This document shows positions 1-9,281 of a stretch of 63,960 nt of DNA, piece after piece. Numbering within the stretch: the first letter of the stretch is position 1; each line of letters opens with the position of its first letter. A model generated the notes under the pieces. It had not been told where the DNA came from and searched no databases. It saw nothing but the letters and a program-made list of their open reading frames with translations. Both the position numbers and the translations under genes were made by a program. This DNA comes from an uncultured Christensenellaceae bacterium. Lineage in GTDB: Bacteria; Bacillota; Clostridia; Christensenellales; UBA3700. The DNA lies in the NCBI GenBank assembly GCA_944381355.1, contig CALWKV010000052.1:1-63960 (forward strand). The letters are read 5' to 3'.

Positions 1-70
1 GCGCTTTCTTGCTTTTGCGCGCGTTTTGGTATAAAATAATAGAGTTAATTACAGTTTGGAGGTATTCTGC

Positions 71-814
71 ATGTCAGGACACAGCAAATGGGCAAATATC
101 AAGAATAAAAAGGGTGCGGCGGACGCAAAACGCGCCAACGTATTTACCAAAATAGGCAGAGAGATCGCGGTTGCAGTCAAAGCGGGCGGACCCGATCCCA
201 ACATCAACTCAAAGCTGCGCGACGTTATCGCAAAGGCTAAGGCAAACAATATGCCCAACGACAATATCGTCAGAGGTATCAAGAAGGCAAGCGGAGACCT
301 CAATGCGGTCAATTATGAGGAGATCACCTACGAAGGATATGCGGCGGGCGGCGTCGCGGTCATCGTCAGGACTCTTACAGACAATAAAAACCGCACCGCA
401 AGCGACGTGCGTCATCACTTCGACAAATGCGGCGGCAACCTCGGCACTACCGGTTGCGTCAGCTATATGTTTGACAAAAAGGGCGTCATAGTGGTAGAGA
501 AAGGAGACGTCGACGAGGACAGCATGATGGAGATCGCTCTCGAAGCCGGAGCAGACGACGTCGTGACCGACGAGGACGTTTACGAGATATACACGCAGGT
601 CGCGGACTTCGAGACCGTCAAGCAGGCGATTGAAAGCAACAAAGCGCTCGTTGTCCTCTCCGCAGAACTCACGATGGTGCCGTCCAACACGGTCAAAGTG
701 GATGCGGAGACCGAAGTCAAGGTCAGGAGACTTCTCGATATGCTCGAGGAAAACGACGACGTACAGGACGTCTATCACAACGCCGAACTCACGGAAGAAG
801 AGGAAGAAGAATAA
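71..814 (+). CDS. yebC: YebC/PmpR family DNA-binding transcriptional regulator
   Basis: N-terminus [22 protein letters not shown] is the hallmark YebC start. GGAGG lies 8 nt upstream of the ATG at 71, so this start is preferred over the in-frame ATG at 56. Confidence 0.9.
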   Translation: MSGHSKWANIKNKKGAADAKRANVFTKIGREIAVAVKAGGPDPNINSKLRDVIAKAKANNMPNDNIVRGIKKASGDLNAVNYEEITYEGYAAGGVAVIVRTLTDNKNRTASDVRHHFDKCGGNLGTTGCVSYMFDKKGVIVVEKGDVDEDSMMEIALEAGADDVVTDEDVYEIYTQVADFETVKQAIESNKALVVLSAELTMVPSNTVKVDAETEVKVRRLLDMLEENDDVQDVYHNAELTEEEEEE

Positions 815-857
815 TATAAAGATATTGCGGTTTTACGCTTAATATCGGAGGTGGATC

Positions 858-2102
858 ATGGTCGATATCGAAAAAATCTGTGCGCTTGCGAAAAAGGCGA
901 GTTACGAGCTTGCGACTCTCTCGGCGGAAGATAAAAACCGCATACTTCTGGCTATTGCGGACGAGATAGAGGCAAAGAAGGCACAAATTCTCGAAGAAAA
1001 CGCAAAGGATATCGCCGCGGCGAGCGCTCTCAGCGAGGCGATGAAAGACAGGCTCAGGCTGAACGACGCGCGTATCGCGGGTATATGCGAGGGCGTCAGA
1101 GACGTGGCGAAACTCGACGATCCCGTGGGCGAAGTTACGGAGACTTTTACCCGTCCCAACGGGCTTGAAATAAGCAAAGTGCGCGTGCCTTTGGGCGTTA
1201 TCGGCGTGATTTACGAGTCCCGCCCCAACGTGACCGCGGACGTCGCCGCGCTCTGCATAAAGTCGGGCAACTGCGTGGTTTTGAGAGGCGGCAAAGAGGC
1301 GATCAACAGCAACCGCATACTCGCGCGTATTATCGCCGACGCGATCGAAAAGAGCGGGGTCATAAGCCGCGATATCGTCGCGTTTGTGGACGACGTGACG
1401 AGAGACGGCTCGCTTGCGATGCTCAAGCAGAGCAAATATATCGACGTGGTCATTCCGCGCGGCGGCGACGGACTCAAGAAGTTCGTGCTTGAAAACGCTC
1501 TTATGCCGGTTATAGCGAGCGCGGGCGGCAATTGTCACCTTTACGTCGAAAAGACCGCCGATCTCGCAACGTCCGCGGCTGTGGTCGCCAACGCGAAACT
1601 CAGCCGTCCTTCGACCTGCAACGCGCTGGAACAGCTTCTCGTCGACAGAAGCGTCGCAAAGGAGTTTTTACCGCTCGTTTGCGATATACTCAAGCGTGAG
1701 GGGTGCATTGTCAACGGCAGTGAAGAAGCTCGTTCTTATTGCGATTATATCGTGCCTTGCGACGAGGACGAATATTTTAAAGAACACGGCGATAAGGTAC
1801 TGACTGTATATATCGTCGACGGCGTAGAGGAGGCGGTCGAAAGAGTCAATTCTCACAGCACCTGCCACAGCGACGGCATACTGACGAAAGACGACAAAGC
1901 GGCAGAATACTTTGCGGCAAAAGTCGACAGCGCGTGCGTTTATATCAACGCAAGCACGAGATTTACCGACGGCTTCGAGTTCGGCTTCGGCGCGGAGATA
2001 GGCATTTCCACTCAGAAACTGCACGCCAGAGGTCCTCTCGGTCTCAAACAGCTCACCAGCGAAAAATACGTCGTGCGCGGCAACGGACAGGTCCGCAAAT
2101 GA
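858..2102 (+). CDS. proA: glutamate-5-semialdehyde dehydrogenase (gamma-glutamyl phosphate reductase)
   Basis: 414 aa with typical ProA segments (GVIGVIYESRPNVT, NASTRFTDGFEFGFGAEIGISTQKLHARGP). GGAGGTG RBS. Confidence 0.92.
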   Translation: MVDIEKICALAKKASYELATLSAEDKNRILLAIADEIEAKKAQILEENAKDIAAASALSEAMKDRLRLNDARIAGICEGVRDVAKLDDPVGEVTETFTRPNGLEISKVRVPLGVIGVIYESRPNVTADVAALCIKSGNCVVLRGGKEAINSNRILARIIADAIEKSGVISRDIVAFVDDVTRDGSLAMLKQSKYIDVVIPRGGDGLKKFVLENALMPVIASAGGNCHLYVEKTADLATSAAVVANAKLSRPSTCNALEQLLVDRSVAKEFLPLVCDILKREGCIVNGSEEARSYCDYIVPCDEDEYFKEHGDKVLTVYIVDGVEEAVERVNSHSTCHSDGILTKDDKAAEYFAAKVDSACVYINASTRFTDGFEFGFGAEIGISTQKLHARGPLGLKQLTSEKYVVRGNGQVRK

Positions 2103-2590
2103 TAATCATGGGCATCGACCCGGGGCTTGCTATCGTAGGTTACGGGATCGTGAACAGCGAAAAAGGCAACGTGACAGCCGTCGATTACGGCGTGATAGAA
2201 ACGCCCAAAACAGAGAAAGTGCCTGCGCGCCTTCACATGATTTACGACGGCATCAATGCGCTTTTCGACAAATACAATCCCGACTGCGTTGCGCTCGAAG
2301 AACTGTTTTTTACCAAGAACATCACGACGGGCATCAACGTCGCGCATGCGAGAGGCGTGATCCTTCTCGCGTGTTCCGACAGGTGCGGCAGACTTTACGA
2401 GTACACTCCGATGCAGATAAAGCAGGCGATAACGGGTTATGGCAAGGCGGACAAAAAGCAGATGCAGTATATGGTCACGCGTATGCTTAGGCTGAGATCC
2501 GTTCCCAGACCCGACGACGCGGCTGACGCGCTTGCCGTAGCTCTCACGCACGCGCAGGCGGCAAGGCTCGGGGGATTGTTCTCGATCTAA
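2099..2590 (+). CDS. ruvC: crossover junction endodeoxyribonuclease RuvC
   Basis: MIIMGIDPGLAIVGYGIV start, internal KQAITGYGKADKKQ, and C-terminal DDAADALAVAL. The ATGA overlap with the proA stop suggests translational coupling. The upstream part of ORF 1934..2590 is read-through within proA. Confidence 0.9.
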   Translation: MIIMGIDPGLAIVGYGIVNSEKGNVTAVDYGVIETPKTEKVPARLHMIYDGINALFDKYNPDCVALEELFFTKNITTGINVAHARGVILLACSDRCGRLYEYTPMQIKQAITGYGKADKKQMQYMVTRMLRLRSVPRPDDAADALAVALTHAQAARLGGLFSI

Positions 2591-2618
2591 AAGACACTTT
2601 TTGATAAATTAAAAATTT

Positions 2619-2641
2619 GCGGACTTCAGTCCGCTTTTTTT
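2619..2641 (+). terminator. intrinsic terminator after ruvC
   Basis: Hairpin GCGGAC-TTCA-GTCCGC followed by a T7 run. Confidence 0.7.
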
Positions 2642-2903
2642 GTCCGAAATTCTTTGATACAGTTTTATCTTAACGATTTGCTTATCGCATTGCAACGTGC
2701 TAAGTTGTGTGCGCTTGCCGACAAATAATGCGAGATGACAGCAGATGTGCCTGTTTTGCGTGGCGTTTTGATTGTATGTGCGGCAGTGTACGTCGATAAG
2801 GACGGCAAAAACGGGCAGACGAGACAAATATAAAAGACCTTTTCGACGATTGCTGAAAGAATATAAATTATTTGAACAAAAAACCACAAGTCGACAGGGA
2901 AAA

Positions 2904-2933
2904 GAAAATCCGCGGAAAAACCGCGGATTTTTT
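2904..2933 (-). terminator. intrinsic terminator after the GPH transporter gene (hairpin flanked by A and T runs, possibly bidirectional)
   Basis: AAAATCCGCGG-AAAAA-CCGCGGATTTTTT lies 25 nt beyond the stop of the minus-strand CDS. Confidence 0.6.
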
Positions 2934-2957
2934 GAATATTCGGCAAACTGTCAGAGA

Positions 2958-4511
2958 TCAGCAGAGCTTCTTTTTCAGTTCCAGATACTCCGTCATTTCT
3001 TCTTCGGTGAAACTTTCTTCGCCGCTTTGCTTGCGTTTCTCCACAAAATACCTTATTCTGTCGAGGCGCTTGTTGGTTACCTTGTATTTTACCGAGGCGA
3101 TGAAGCCTATCGACAGAAGCAGTGTGACCGATATCGCGATGAGAAGCCTTATTGCAAGGAGCACGCTGTCGGGCTGCTGCTGAAGTATGCTTTTGCCTGT
3201 TTCGCTGTCGTATACGGGTTTTACGTAGTGTGCGGCGGTGAGTACCCAGCCGACCATGCCCGTGCCGAGTGCGGTCGCGATTTTGCGCGTAAACGTCATT
3301 ACGCCCGACATGTTAGCCGTGGGACGGTAACCGAGTTTGAGTTCTGCCACGTCGACAGTGTCGGCAAATACGAGCCACGGCATGGACTGTGCGCCGGCGA
3401 AGCCGAGACCCATTATCGCCGCAAATACGGGGATCAGGATCGGGTTCCAGTCAGGCTGATAGCACGCAAGGAGTATCGCTCCGATAATGTACAGCGGAAG
3501 TCCTGCGCGGAATGCCGCCTGTTTGGAATATTTCGCCTTGATGACGTATGCTATCACGATACCTATTGCCGCGCATACCATCATGGGCGCAATGATCATG
3601 ATCGATCCCATATCCATTTTCATAAAGCCGAGGTCGACCTGCACTCCGTTGATCGTGCCGCCGATATAGTCGGTGTAATATATCGCGACTGCGCTGACGA
3701 GGTCCATTGTCAGGAAAGCCGTCACGTACATCAGTATATGCCATATATAGGATTTTACGGTCAGCCCTTTGAAGTATTCTTTGATATTGAATTTCTGTTT
3801 TTTCTCGTTACTGTACGGGGTGCGTTCTTTTACCGTCAGACCTGCAACGATAAGCGGTATCGCGAACAGCAGACCGAAACCGAAAACTATGATATAGTAA
3901 AACGTCGTGTAGGAAATGGTTGCGTTTTCGCCGACGACCTTGTTCCACATAAGGCTGGGGATGAGATACAGAAGTCCCGCCGCGATTATGTCGAAGATCA
4001 GCTTCCAGGTATTGGCTTTGTTGCGCTGACGGTAATCCATCGAGATATCGGAGCTCATCGACATATACGGCACCTGCGAGATGGTGGATATGGTGCAGTA
4101 AATGATGTAAGCGAAAACCATCCATGTGATCTGCGAAGGCTCCTCCATTTCCTGTATCGGAGCAAACAGGAAGGCGAGACCGAATGGTATCAGAATGCCG
4201 CCGAGTATCATAAACGGTTTTCTTCTGCCGAGTTTAAAGCGCGAATTTTCAGATATAAGACCCATAGCGGGATCGGAGACGGCGTCCCAGATCTTTGACA
4301 CCATGATGATCGTGCTGGCGATCGCAGCTTCGATGCCTATAATGTTGGTGAAAAACGCGAGCAGTATGACGGAAAGAAAAGCCGATTGACCGCCGCCGAA
4401 AAGATCTGCCGCACCGTACAGGATGCACTCTTTGGTGGAAACGTAGTCTTTGACGTCGCAGTTTTCTTTTGCTGCGCGTTCTTCTAGAGAGAGTTTTTTG
4501 TTTGAAGCCAT
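2958..4511 (-). CDS. MFS transporter, glycoside-pentoside-hexuronide (GPH):cation symporter family
   Basis: 517 aa polytopic protein. The N-terminal region (LYGAADLFGGGQSAFLSVIL ... KIWDAVSDPAMGLISENSRFKLGRRKPFM) matches the MelB/YicJ-type GPH signature. Confidence 0.85.
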   Translation of the reverse strand: MASNKKLSLEERAAKENCDVKDYVSTKECILYGAADLFGGGQSAFLSVILLAFFTNIIGIEAAIASTIIMVSKIWDAVSDPAMGLISENSRFKLGRRKPFMILGGILIPFGLAFLFAPIQEMEEPSQITWMVFAYIIYCTISTISQVPYMSMSSDISMDYRQRNKANTWKLIFDIIAAGLLYLIPSLMWNKVVGENATISYTTFYYIIVFGFGLLFAIPLIVAGLTVKERTPYSNEKKQKFNIKEYFKGLTVKSYIWHILMYVTAFLTMDLVSAVAIYYTDYIGGTINGVQVDLGFMKMDMGSIMIIAPMMVCAAIGIVIAYVIKAKYSKQAAFRAGLPLYIIGAILLACYQPDWNPILIPVFAAIMGLGFAGAQSMPWLVFADTVDVAELKLGYRPTANMSGVMTFTRKIATALGTGMVGWVLTAAHYVKPVYDSETGKSILQQQPDSVLLAIRLLIAISVTLLLSIGFIASVKYKVTNKRLDRIRYFVEKRKQSGEESFTEEEMTEYLELKKKLC

Positions 4512-4855
4512 GTTTTTCCTCTTTAACCGACGGCGCTATCGGAGCTTTGATCTTGTCGCGAAACCGCGCTGCGCCGATATCAGTATAACACAATGCGCGC
4601 GCTTATTGCAATCGCACAACGGGCATATTGACAAAACGGTAAAAATTCTGCACAATTCAAGCTATCGGTTTGCGGTCGGGATCGGAAAGACGCTGTCGCT
4701 GTTAAGTGGGCGATGATACGCGACAGCGATTACTGTTCACGCCACGCGGACGCCTCAGGGCAGGTTCGTATTATTCAGGTCTGGTATTGAAACATCACTC
4801 TAAACTTTTATATTTTGTTGCATATGGGTGATAAATATTTTATAATATAACAGAT

Positions 4856-5941
4856 ATGGAAAACTTTGTTTTGCAGGTAAAGGACCTTTCTTTAACATAT
4901 TACGGCGGTTACGACGGAGTGAACGACGTCAGCTTCGGACTTCGCGAGGGCGAAAAACTCTGCGTGTTCGGCGGGCAGAATCAAGGCAAGACGTCGCTTA
5001 TGCGGGCATTGGCGGGTCTGGAGGAGTATAGCGGCAGTATTTTGCTGAACGGCAAAGAACTCAAAGACATTCCTCCGGAACAGCGCAACGTCACTTACAG
5101 CTTTGACGAGGGCAGCCTTATGCCGAGAGTCAGCGTTTTGAAAAATATAGTCAAACCGCTCGTTTTGAGAGACGCAGACGACTCATATATAGCTGCAAGA
5201 CTCGGCTATGTATCTAAGCTGTTCGGAGTGGACGATCTTCTCAACGTGAAAGTGAAAGAGCTGACAGAAGTTCAGCTTTGCAGGGTATTGCTTGCGCGCA
5301 TCTTCATAAGAGAAAGCACCGTATATCTTCTTGACAACATCTTCGGCAAGATAGATTACAGTGTGCGCCGCATATTGTTCGGATTGCTGTATCAGGCCGT
5401 AGCCGACAGCAAGGCGGTTGTGATATATGCGACCGACAGGATTACAGAGGCGAGCGTGCTCGGCGACAGGATCGCGGTCTTGTCCGGCGGCAGAGTGGAG
5501 CAGATCGACGACTATTACAATCTGTATAAGAATCCGCAAAGCCTCGCTGTCTTAAGAGGTCTGGACGAAAATCTTGGTATAGTGTCTGGATATCTGAAGA
5601 AAAGAGAGGGCGGATATGCTGTCAAATTGTATGACGGAGAGGAAGTAAACGGCTGCAACCCGCCCATAGCAGACAATTACGAAAACAAGTTGATATTCGC
5701 GTGCGTTTATCCCAAAGACGTGCAAGTGAAAAAGTCGGAGGACGGCAAATGGCGCGCGATAGCCATAGTCAGTACAAAAGACGGCAACCTCGCGCTGATG
5801 AGACGCGACGAAAATATGCTGTACGCTCCTGCGGGAGACGTCAGGAGAGGCGACTTCGGAGACGTTGTCATTGCAAGAGTCGGCAACTATTTCGACAAAC
5901 TGAGTGAGAGAAAAATCAATATAAACAGTATTGAAAAATAA
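4856..5941 (+). CDS. MalK/MsmX-like ABC ATPase homologue with degenerate catalytic motifs and a C-terminal TOBE-like domain
   Basis: Colinear with MalK. Walker A is retained (GGQNQGKT). The Q-loop Gln, signature (LTEVQ for LSGGQ), Walker B Glu (LLDN for LLDE) and H-loop His (YATD for YVTH) are all replaced. Confidence 0.75.
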   Translation: MENFVLQVKDLSLTYYGGYDGVNDVSFGLREGEKLCVFGGQNQGKTSLMRALAGLEEYSGSILLNGKELKDIPPEQRNVTYSFDEGSLMPRVSVLKNIVKPLVLRDADDSYIAARLGYVSKLFGVDDLLNVKVKELTEVQLCRVLLARIFIRESTVYLLDNIFGKIDYSVRRILFGLLYQAVADSKAVVIYATDRITEASVLGDRIAVLSGGRVEQIDDYYNLYKNPQSLAVLRGLDENLGIVSGYLKKREGGYAVKLYDGEEVNGCNPPIADNYENKLIFACVYPKDVQVKKSEDGKWRAIAIVSTKDGNLALMRRDENMLYAPAGDVRRGDFGDVVIARVGNYFDKLSERKININSIEK

Positions 5942-6002
5942 TATTGATAACAATAAAATAATAAAAAATACTAAAAAATCTAAAATTAAACGGAGATACA
6001 AT

Positions 6003-7166
6003 ATGAGCGAAGCATTGGATATGCACAAAAAGTGGCACGGCAAACTTGAAGTAATCAGCAAAGCGCCCGTAAATGACGCGCACGACCTTTCGGTAGCGTA
6101 TACCCCGGGCGTAGCGGAGCCTTGCGTAGAGATAGCTAAAGATCCTGCGCTCGCATATACTTATACGGGCAAGCACAACCTCGTCGCTGTCATCACGGAC
6201 GGCAGCGCGGTGTTGGGACTTGGCAACATCGGCGGACTTGCGGGTATGCCCGTAATGGAAGGCAAATGCTGTCTGTTCAAGAAGTTCGGAGGGGTCGACG
6301 CTTTCCCGATATGCCTTTCCACGCAGAACACTCAGGAGATAATAGACGCCTGCGTCGCGATCGCTCCGACTTTCGGAGGCATAAATCTTGAGGATATTTC
6401 CGCGCCGAGATGTTTTGAAATAGAAGAAGCGCTCAAGAGCAAGCTGGATATTCCCGTATTCCACGACGACCAGCACGGTACGGCGATAGTAGTGCTCGCG
6501 GCTCTCAAGAACGCGCTTAAGATCGTCGACAAAAAACTCGAAGATATCACCGCTACGATACTCGGTACGGGCGCCGCGGGCGGTGCGATAGCGAGACTTC
6601 TCCTCGCGGCGGGAGTAAAAGACCTCGTGCTCGTTGACAGAAAGGGTATTCTGTACAAAGGCAGAGAGGGTATGGACTGGTCCAAGACCCAGCTTGCAGA
6701 GCTTACCAACAAGACGGGCAAAAAGGGAGGCGCAAAAGAGGCTCTCGAAGGCAGCGACGTGCTGATCGGCGTTTCCGGTCCGAATACCGTGACTGTCGAT
6801 ATGGTAAAGGGTATGGCTGAAAAGCCCGTTGTGTTTGCAATGTCAAACCCCGTGCCTGAGATATATCCCGATGAGGCGAAGAAGGGCGGCGCGGCTGTCG
6901 TAGGTACGGGCAGATCGGATTATCCCAATCAGATCAACAACGTGCTTGCGTTCCCGGGCATATTCCGCGGCGCGCTCGACGCAAGAGCGAGTGCGATAAC
7001 CGAAAATATGAAGCTCGCCGCCGTTGACGCACTTGCGGGGCTCGTGTCCGACGAAGAACTCAGTGCGGACTACATTCTGCCCAAGGCGTTCGACGAGAGA
7101 GTGGGTGCAACGGTCGCTAAAGCGGTATATGCGCAGGCATATGCCGATAAGGTAAACAGGATCTGA
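6003..7166 (+). CDS. NAD(P)-dependent malic enzyme (oxaloacetate-decarboxylating malate dehydrogenase), short form
   Basis: [17 protein letters not shown] start. Also [44 protein letters not shown] and GTGAAG motifs. GGAGA RBS before the ATG at 6003; the K/N-rich extension from 5931 is rejected. Confidence 0.9.
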   Translation: MSEALDMHKKWHGKLEVISKAPVNDAHDLSVAYTPGVAEPCVEIAKDPALAYTYTGKHNLVAVITDGSAVLGLGNIGGLAGMPVMEGKCCLFKKFGGVDAFPICLSTQNTQEIIDACVAIAPTFGGINLEDISAPRCFEIEEALKSKLDIPVFHDDQHGTAIVVLAALKNALKIVDKKLEDITATILGTGAAGGAIARLLLAAGVKDLVLVDRKGILYKGREGMDWSKTQLAELTNKTGKKGGAKEALEGSDVLIGVSGPNTVTVDMVKGMAEKPVVFAMSNPVPEIYPDEAKKGGAAVVGTGRSDYPNQINNVLAFPGIFRGALDARASAITENMKLAAVDALAGLVSDEELSADYILPKAFDERVGATVAKAVYAQAYADKVNRI

Positions 7167-7268
7167 CTTTAACATCCGTTTAATCATAGCGGTTTTATAA
7201 TAAAGTCGGCTTTTACGGGCACAATATTACAGTCGGGCGGCGGCGCCGCTCAAGGAGGCTACTACTAT

Positions 7269-8651
7269 ATGGATATGTTTGAAGAAAAGGATATTTATAC
7301 AGAATATCCCGCAGAGACAAAACCGTCGAAGAAAAAAACAGTCACTTTCGCGATCGTTATCGTGCTTATAGTCGCGGTGGTCGCGGGACTTGCGTTTTTC
7401 GGAGGAGTAGCCTACGGCAGAAACGATTCTGTCGAAAGCGAAATGCCTATGGTAAAAACGGTGATCGAAGCTCTCAATAAATACTATATCGACGATATCG
7501 ACTGGGAGCAGTTCCAGTATATCGTCGCGGCGGCGATCGCGGGCAGCGTCGACCCTTATACGGGAATGGTCGCCTCGTCTCCCACGGGTATGCAGAGTCT
7601 GTCGGCAGGAATTACTTTTACCTACAACGACTACTGTAATTATTTTATTACCGAAGTTTCGCCCGGCTCTCCCGCTGCAAAGGCGAAAAACGTACTTTCG
7701 GGCGGATATGAGGGCAATCAGCAGCTTATGGTCGGAGACGAAGTGCTGGCGATCAACGGGCAAAAGGTACAACACCTCAATTACAACGCCTTTTCGCAGA
7801 TCCTGTCTAACGCCGGAGATACGATAGAGCTTGTCGTGACCCGTCCCAATTCCGCAAGCGAGATACAGCCGACGTATACGTTTGTGATAGAAAAAGAGAT
7901 GTTCCACGCTCCCGTGGCATACTACCTCGACAGTGCCGTTACGGGGCTTGCGTCAGACGTGGGATATATAAAACTGAAAGAGTTCGGCGATACCGCTCCC
8001 GACGATTTTGCGGCGGCGGTCGAAGCGTTCCTCGCAGACGAGGATAAGCCGAATAAACTCGTGCTCGACCTCAGAGGGAACGGTGGAGGCTCTACGATGA
8101 TATGCGGCTTTATCGCGTCTTATTTCGTCAGTCAGAACGGCACGTCAGACGGCATTCCTATGGCGAAATACGTCTACAACGAGGGCGGCGGCGACATGGC
8201 GGAGACCTACTTCTATACGCAGACTTCGTACTCGAGCGACCTTGACGGAACTCAGCTCAAGTCGGTCAATCTGTACGACGAGATTGACGGTTTCGAGTGC
8301 GTCGTGCTCGTCAACGGATCTTCTGCTTCTTCGTCAGAACTTCTGACGGCTACGCTTGCAAATTACTGCGGCATAAAGTCGATAGGATCAACAACCTACG
8401 GCAAGGGGGTTGCGCAGATTGTGATCGAGTATATGGGCGGCAAGTACGAGCTGTATATCACCAACGGCAAGTATTATATCCCCACGCAGAAGAACGGCGA
8501 GACCGTGTTTGAAGTCAACATTCACGGCAAGGGACTGACCCCTGATATCGAGGCGGAGGCTTCTGGCGCATATTATATGGACGAAGACCCGTGCTTCCTG
8601 TCGGCGGCGGAATATTTCTCGTTGTCTGCCGATGAGGGCGCAGCGGCATAA
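7269..8651 (+). CDS. S41 family C-terminal processing peptidase with N-terminal membrane anchor and PDZ-like region
   Basis: TM helix FAIVIVLIVAVVAGLAFF. S41 core LDLRGNGGG ... VLVNGSSASSSELL ... GSTTYGKGVAQ (Ser/Lys dyad context). AAGGAGG RBS. Confidence 0.85.
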   Translation: MDMFEEKDIYTEYPAETKPSKKKTVTFAIVIVLIVAVVAGLAFFGGVAYGRNDSVESEMPMVKTVIEALNKYYIDDIDWEQFQYIVAAAIAGSVDPYTGMVASSPTGMQSLSAGITFTYNDYCNYFITEVSPGSPAAKAKNVLSGGYEGNQQLMVGDEVLAINGQKVQHLNYNAFSQILSNAGDTIELVVTRPNSASEIQPTYTFVIEKEMFHAPVAYYLDSAVTGLASDVGYIKLKEFGDTAPDDFAAAVEAFLADEDKPNKLVLDLRGNGGGSTMICGFIASYFVSQNGTSDGIPMAKYVYNEGGGDMAETYFYTQTSYSSDLDGTQLKSVNLYDEIDGFECVVLVNGSSASSSELLTATLANYCGIKSIGSTTYGKGVAQIVIEYMGGKYELYITNGKYYIPTQKNGETVFEVNIHGKGLTPDIEAEASGAYYMDEDPCFLSAAEYFSLSADEGAAA

Positions 8652-8664
8652 TATTGCAAAAAGA

Positions 8665-8693
8665 TTGACATCGGCTTCCCGATAATATATAAT
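8665..8693 (+). promoter_or_regulatory. consensus sigma-A type promoter (TTGACA-17 nt-TATAAT)
   Basis: Exact TTGACA at 8665-8670, a 17-nt spacer, and exact TATAAT at 8688-8693. Confidence 0.6.
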
Positions 8694-8802
8694 GACATTG
8701 ACCCTAAGGACGGATTTATCCGCCTGAGGCTCTTGACAAAATACCTGATCCCGATCGAAGACGCGTTCTGAGAGTAAGAAAAAGGCTGATACCGGTTTTC
8801 AC

Positions 8803-8832
8803 TCCGCACGTTTTCGCGTGCGGAATTTTTTT
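8803..8832 (+). terminator. intrinsic terminator closing a transcript of about 130 nt from the 8665 promoter
   Basis: Perfect 8-bp stem TCCGCACG / CGTGCGGA, 6-nt loop, then T7. Confidence 0.7.
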
Positions 8833-8992
8833 GCAGTCATATTCAAGCCGCCGCGCAACGTCAGTCTGTATAGCGCGCGGATATGAAAAGAGGAATACAA
8901 AAACTATCGGCGAGAGTCGGCAGAGCCTGAAAGGGTGATAAGCAGTCGGCTAAAGTATCAGAAGCGGTCATAAAACGCAATAAGGAGTATAT

Positions 8993-9247
8993 ATGAAAAA
9001 AATCGGAGTTATCGGCATAGTCCTCAAAGCGGGAAGGGAAAGAGTGGACAAGGTGCAAAGCCTTTTGTCCGATTACGGCGAGATAATCGTCGGAAGAATG
9101 GGTATCCCTGACAAAACAACGGGAATAAATACGATAAGCCTTATCGTCAACGGAGACACGGAGAAGATATCCGCGCTCTGCGGCAAGCTGGGCAGGATAG
9201 AGGACGTCAACGTCAAGTCGGCGGTGATGACCGTGGACGGCGAATGA
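8993..9247 (+). CDS. small ACT-like regulatory protein resembling the TM1266 family (putative iron-only hydrogenase system regulator family)
   Basis: 84 aa. The pattern KIGVIGIVL...V.KV..LLS.YG..I.GRMGIP......NTISLIV.G....I.AL.GKLG....V.VK matches my recollection of TM1266-type proteins. AGGAG RBS. Confidence 0.5.
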   Translation: MKKIGVIGIVLKAGRERVDKVQSLLSDYGEIIVGRMGIPDKTTGINTISLIVNGDTEKISALCGKLGRIEDVNVKSAVMTVDGE

Positions 9248-9281
9248 CGGACAAAAGAAAAATAATTTTAAGGAGCAATAT

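Noticed and set aside
2642-2903. Small Cys-rich ORF or ncRNA between the ruvC and GPH transporter terminators
   Set aside because: The 23-aa ORF (MRDDSRCACFAWRFDCMCGSVRR) has no RBS, and no promoter or terminator pair brackets a discrete RNA. It is probably plain spacer.
2772-4298. 508-aa plus-strand ORF
   Set aside because: It lies antisense to the GPH transporter gene, has an implausible Arg/Cys/His-rich sequence, and is not membrane-like or similar to any family.
5931-6002. N-terminal 24-aa extension of the malic enzyme ORF
   Set aside because: The K/N/I-rich sequence comes from an AT-rich spacer. The conserved protein begins at [17 protein letters not shown], with a GGAGA RBS before 6003.
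8700-8832. TPP (THI-box), ykkC/guanidine-I or ZTP riboswitch in the leader of the ABC operon
   Set aside because: Short strings reminiscent of these aptamers are present (ACCUGAUC, CUGAGAG, CCGCCUGAGGC). However, ACCUGAUC precedes CUGAGA, which is the wrong order for TPP, and the remaining conserved positions and helices could not be found. It is kept only as an unclassified leader or sRNA candidate.
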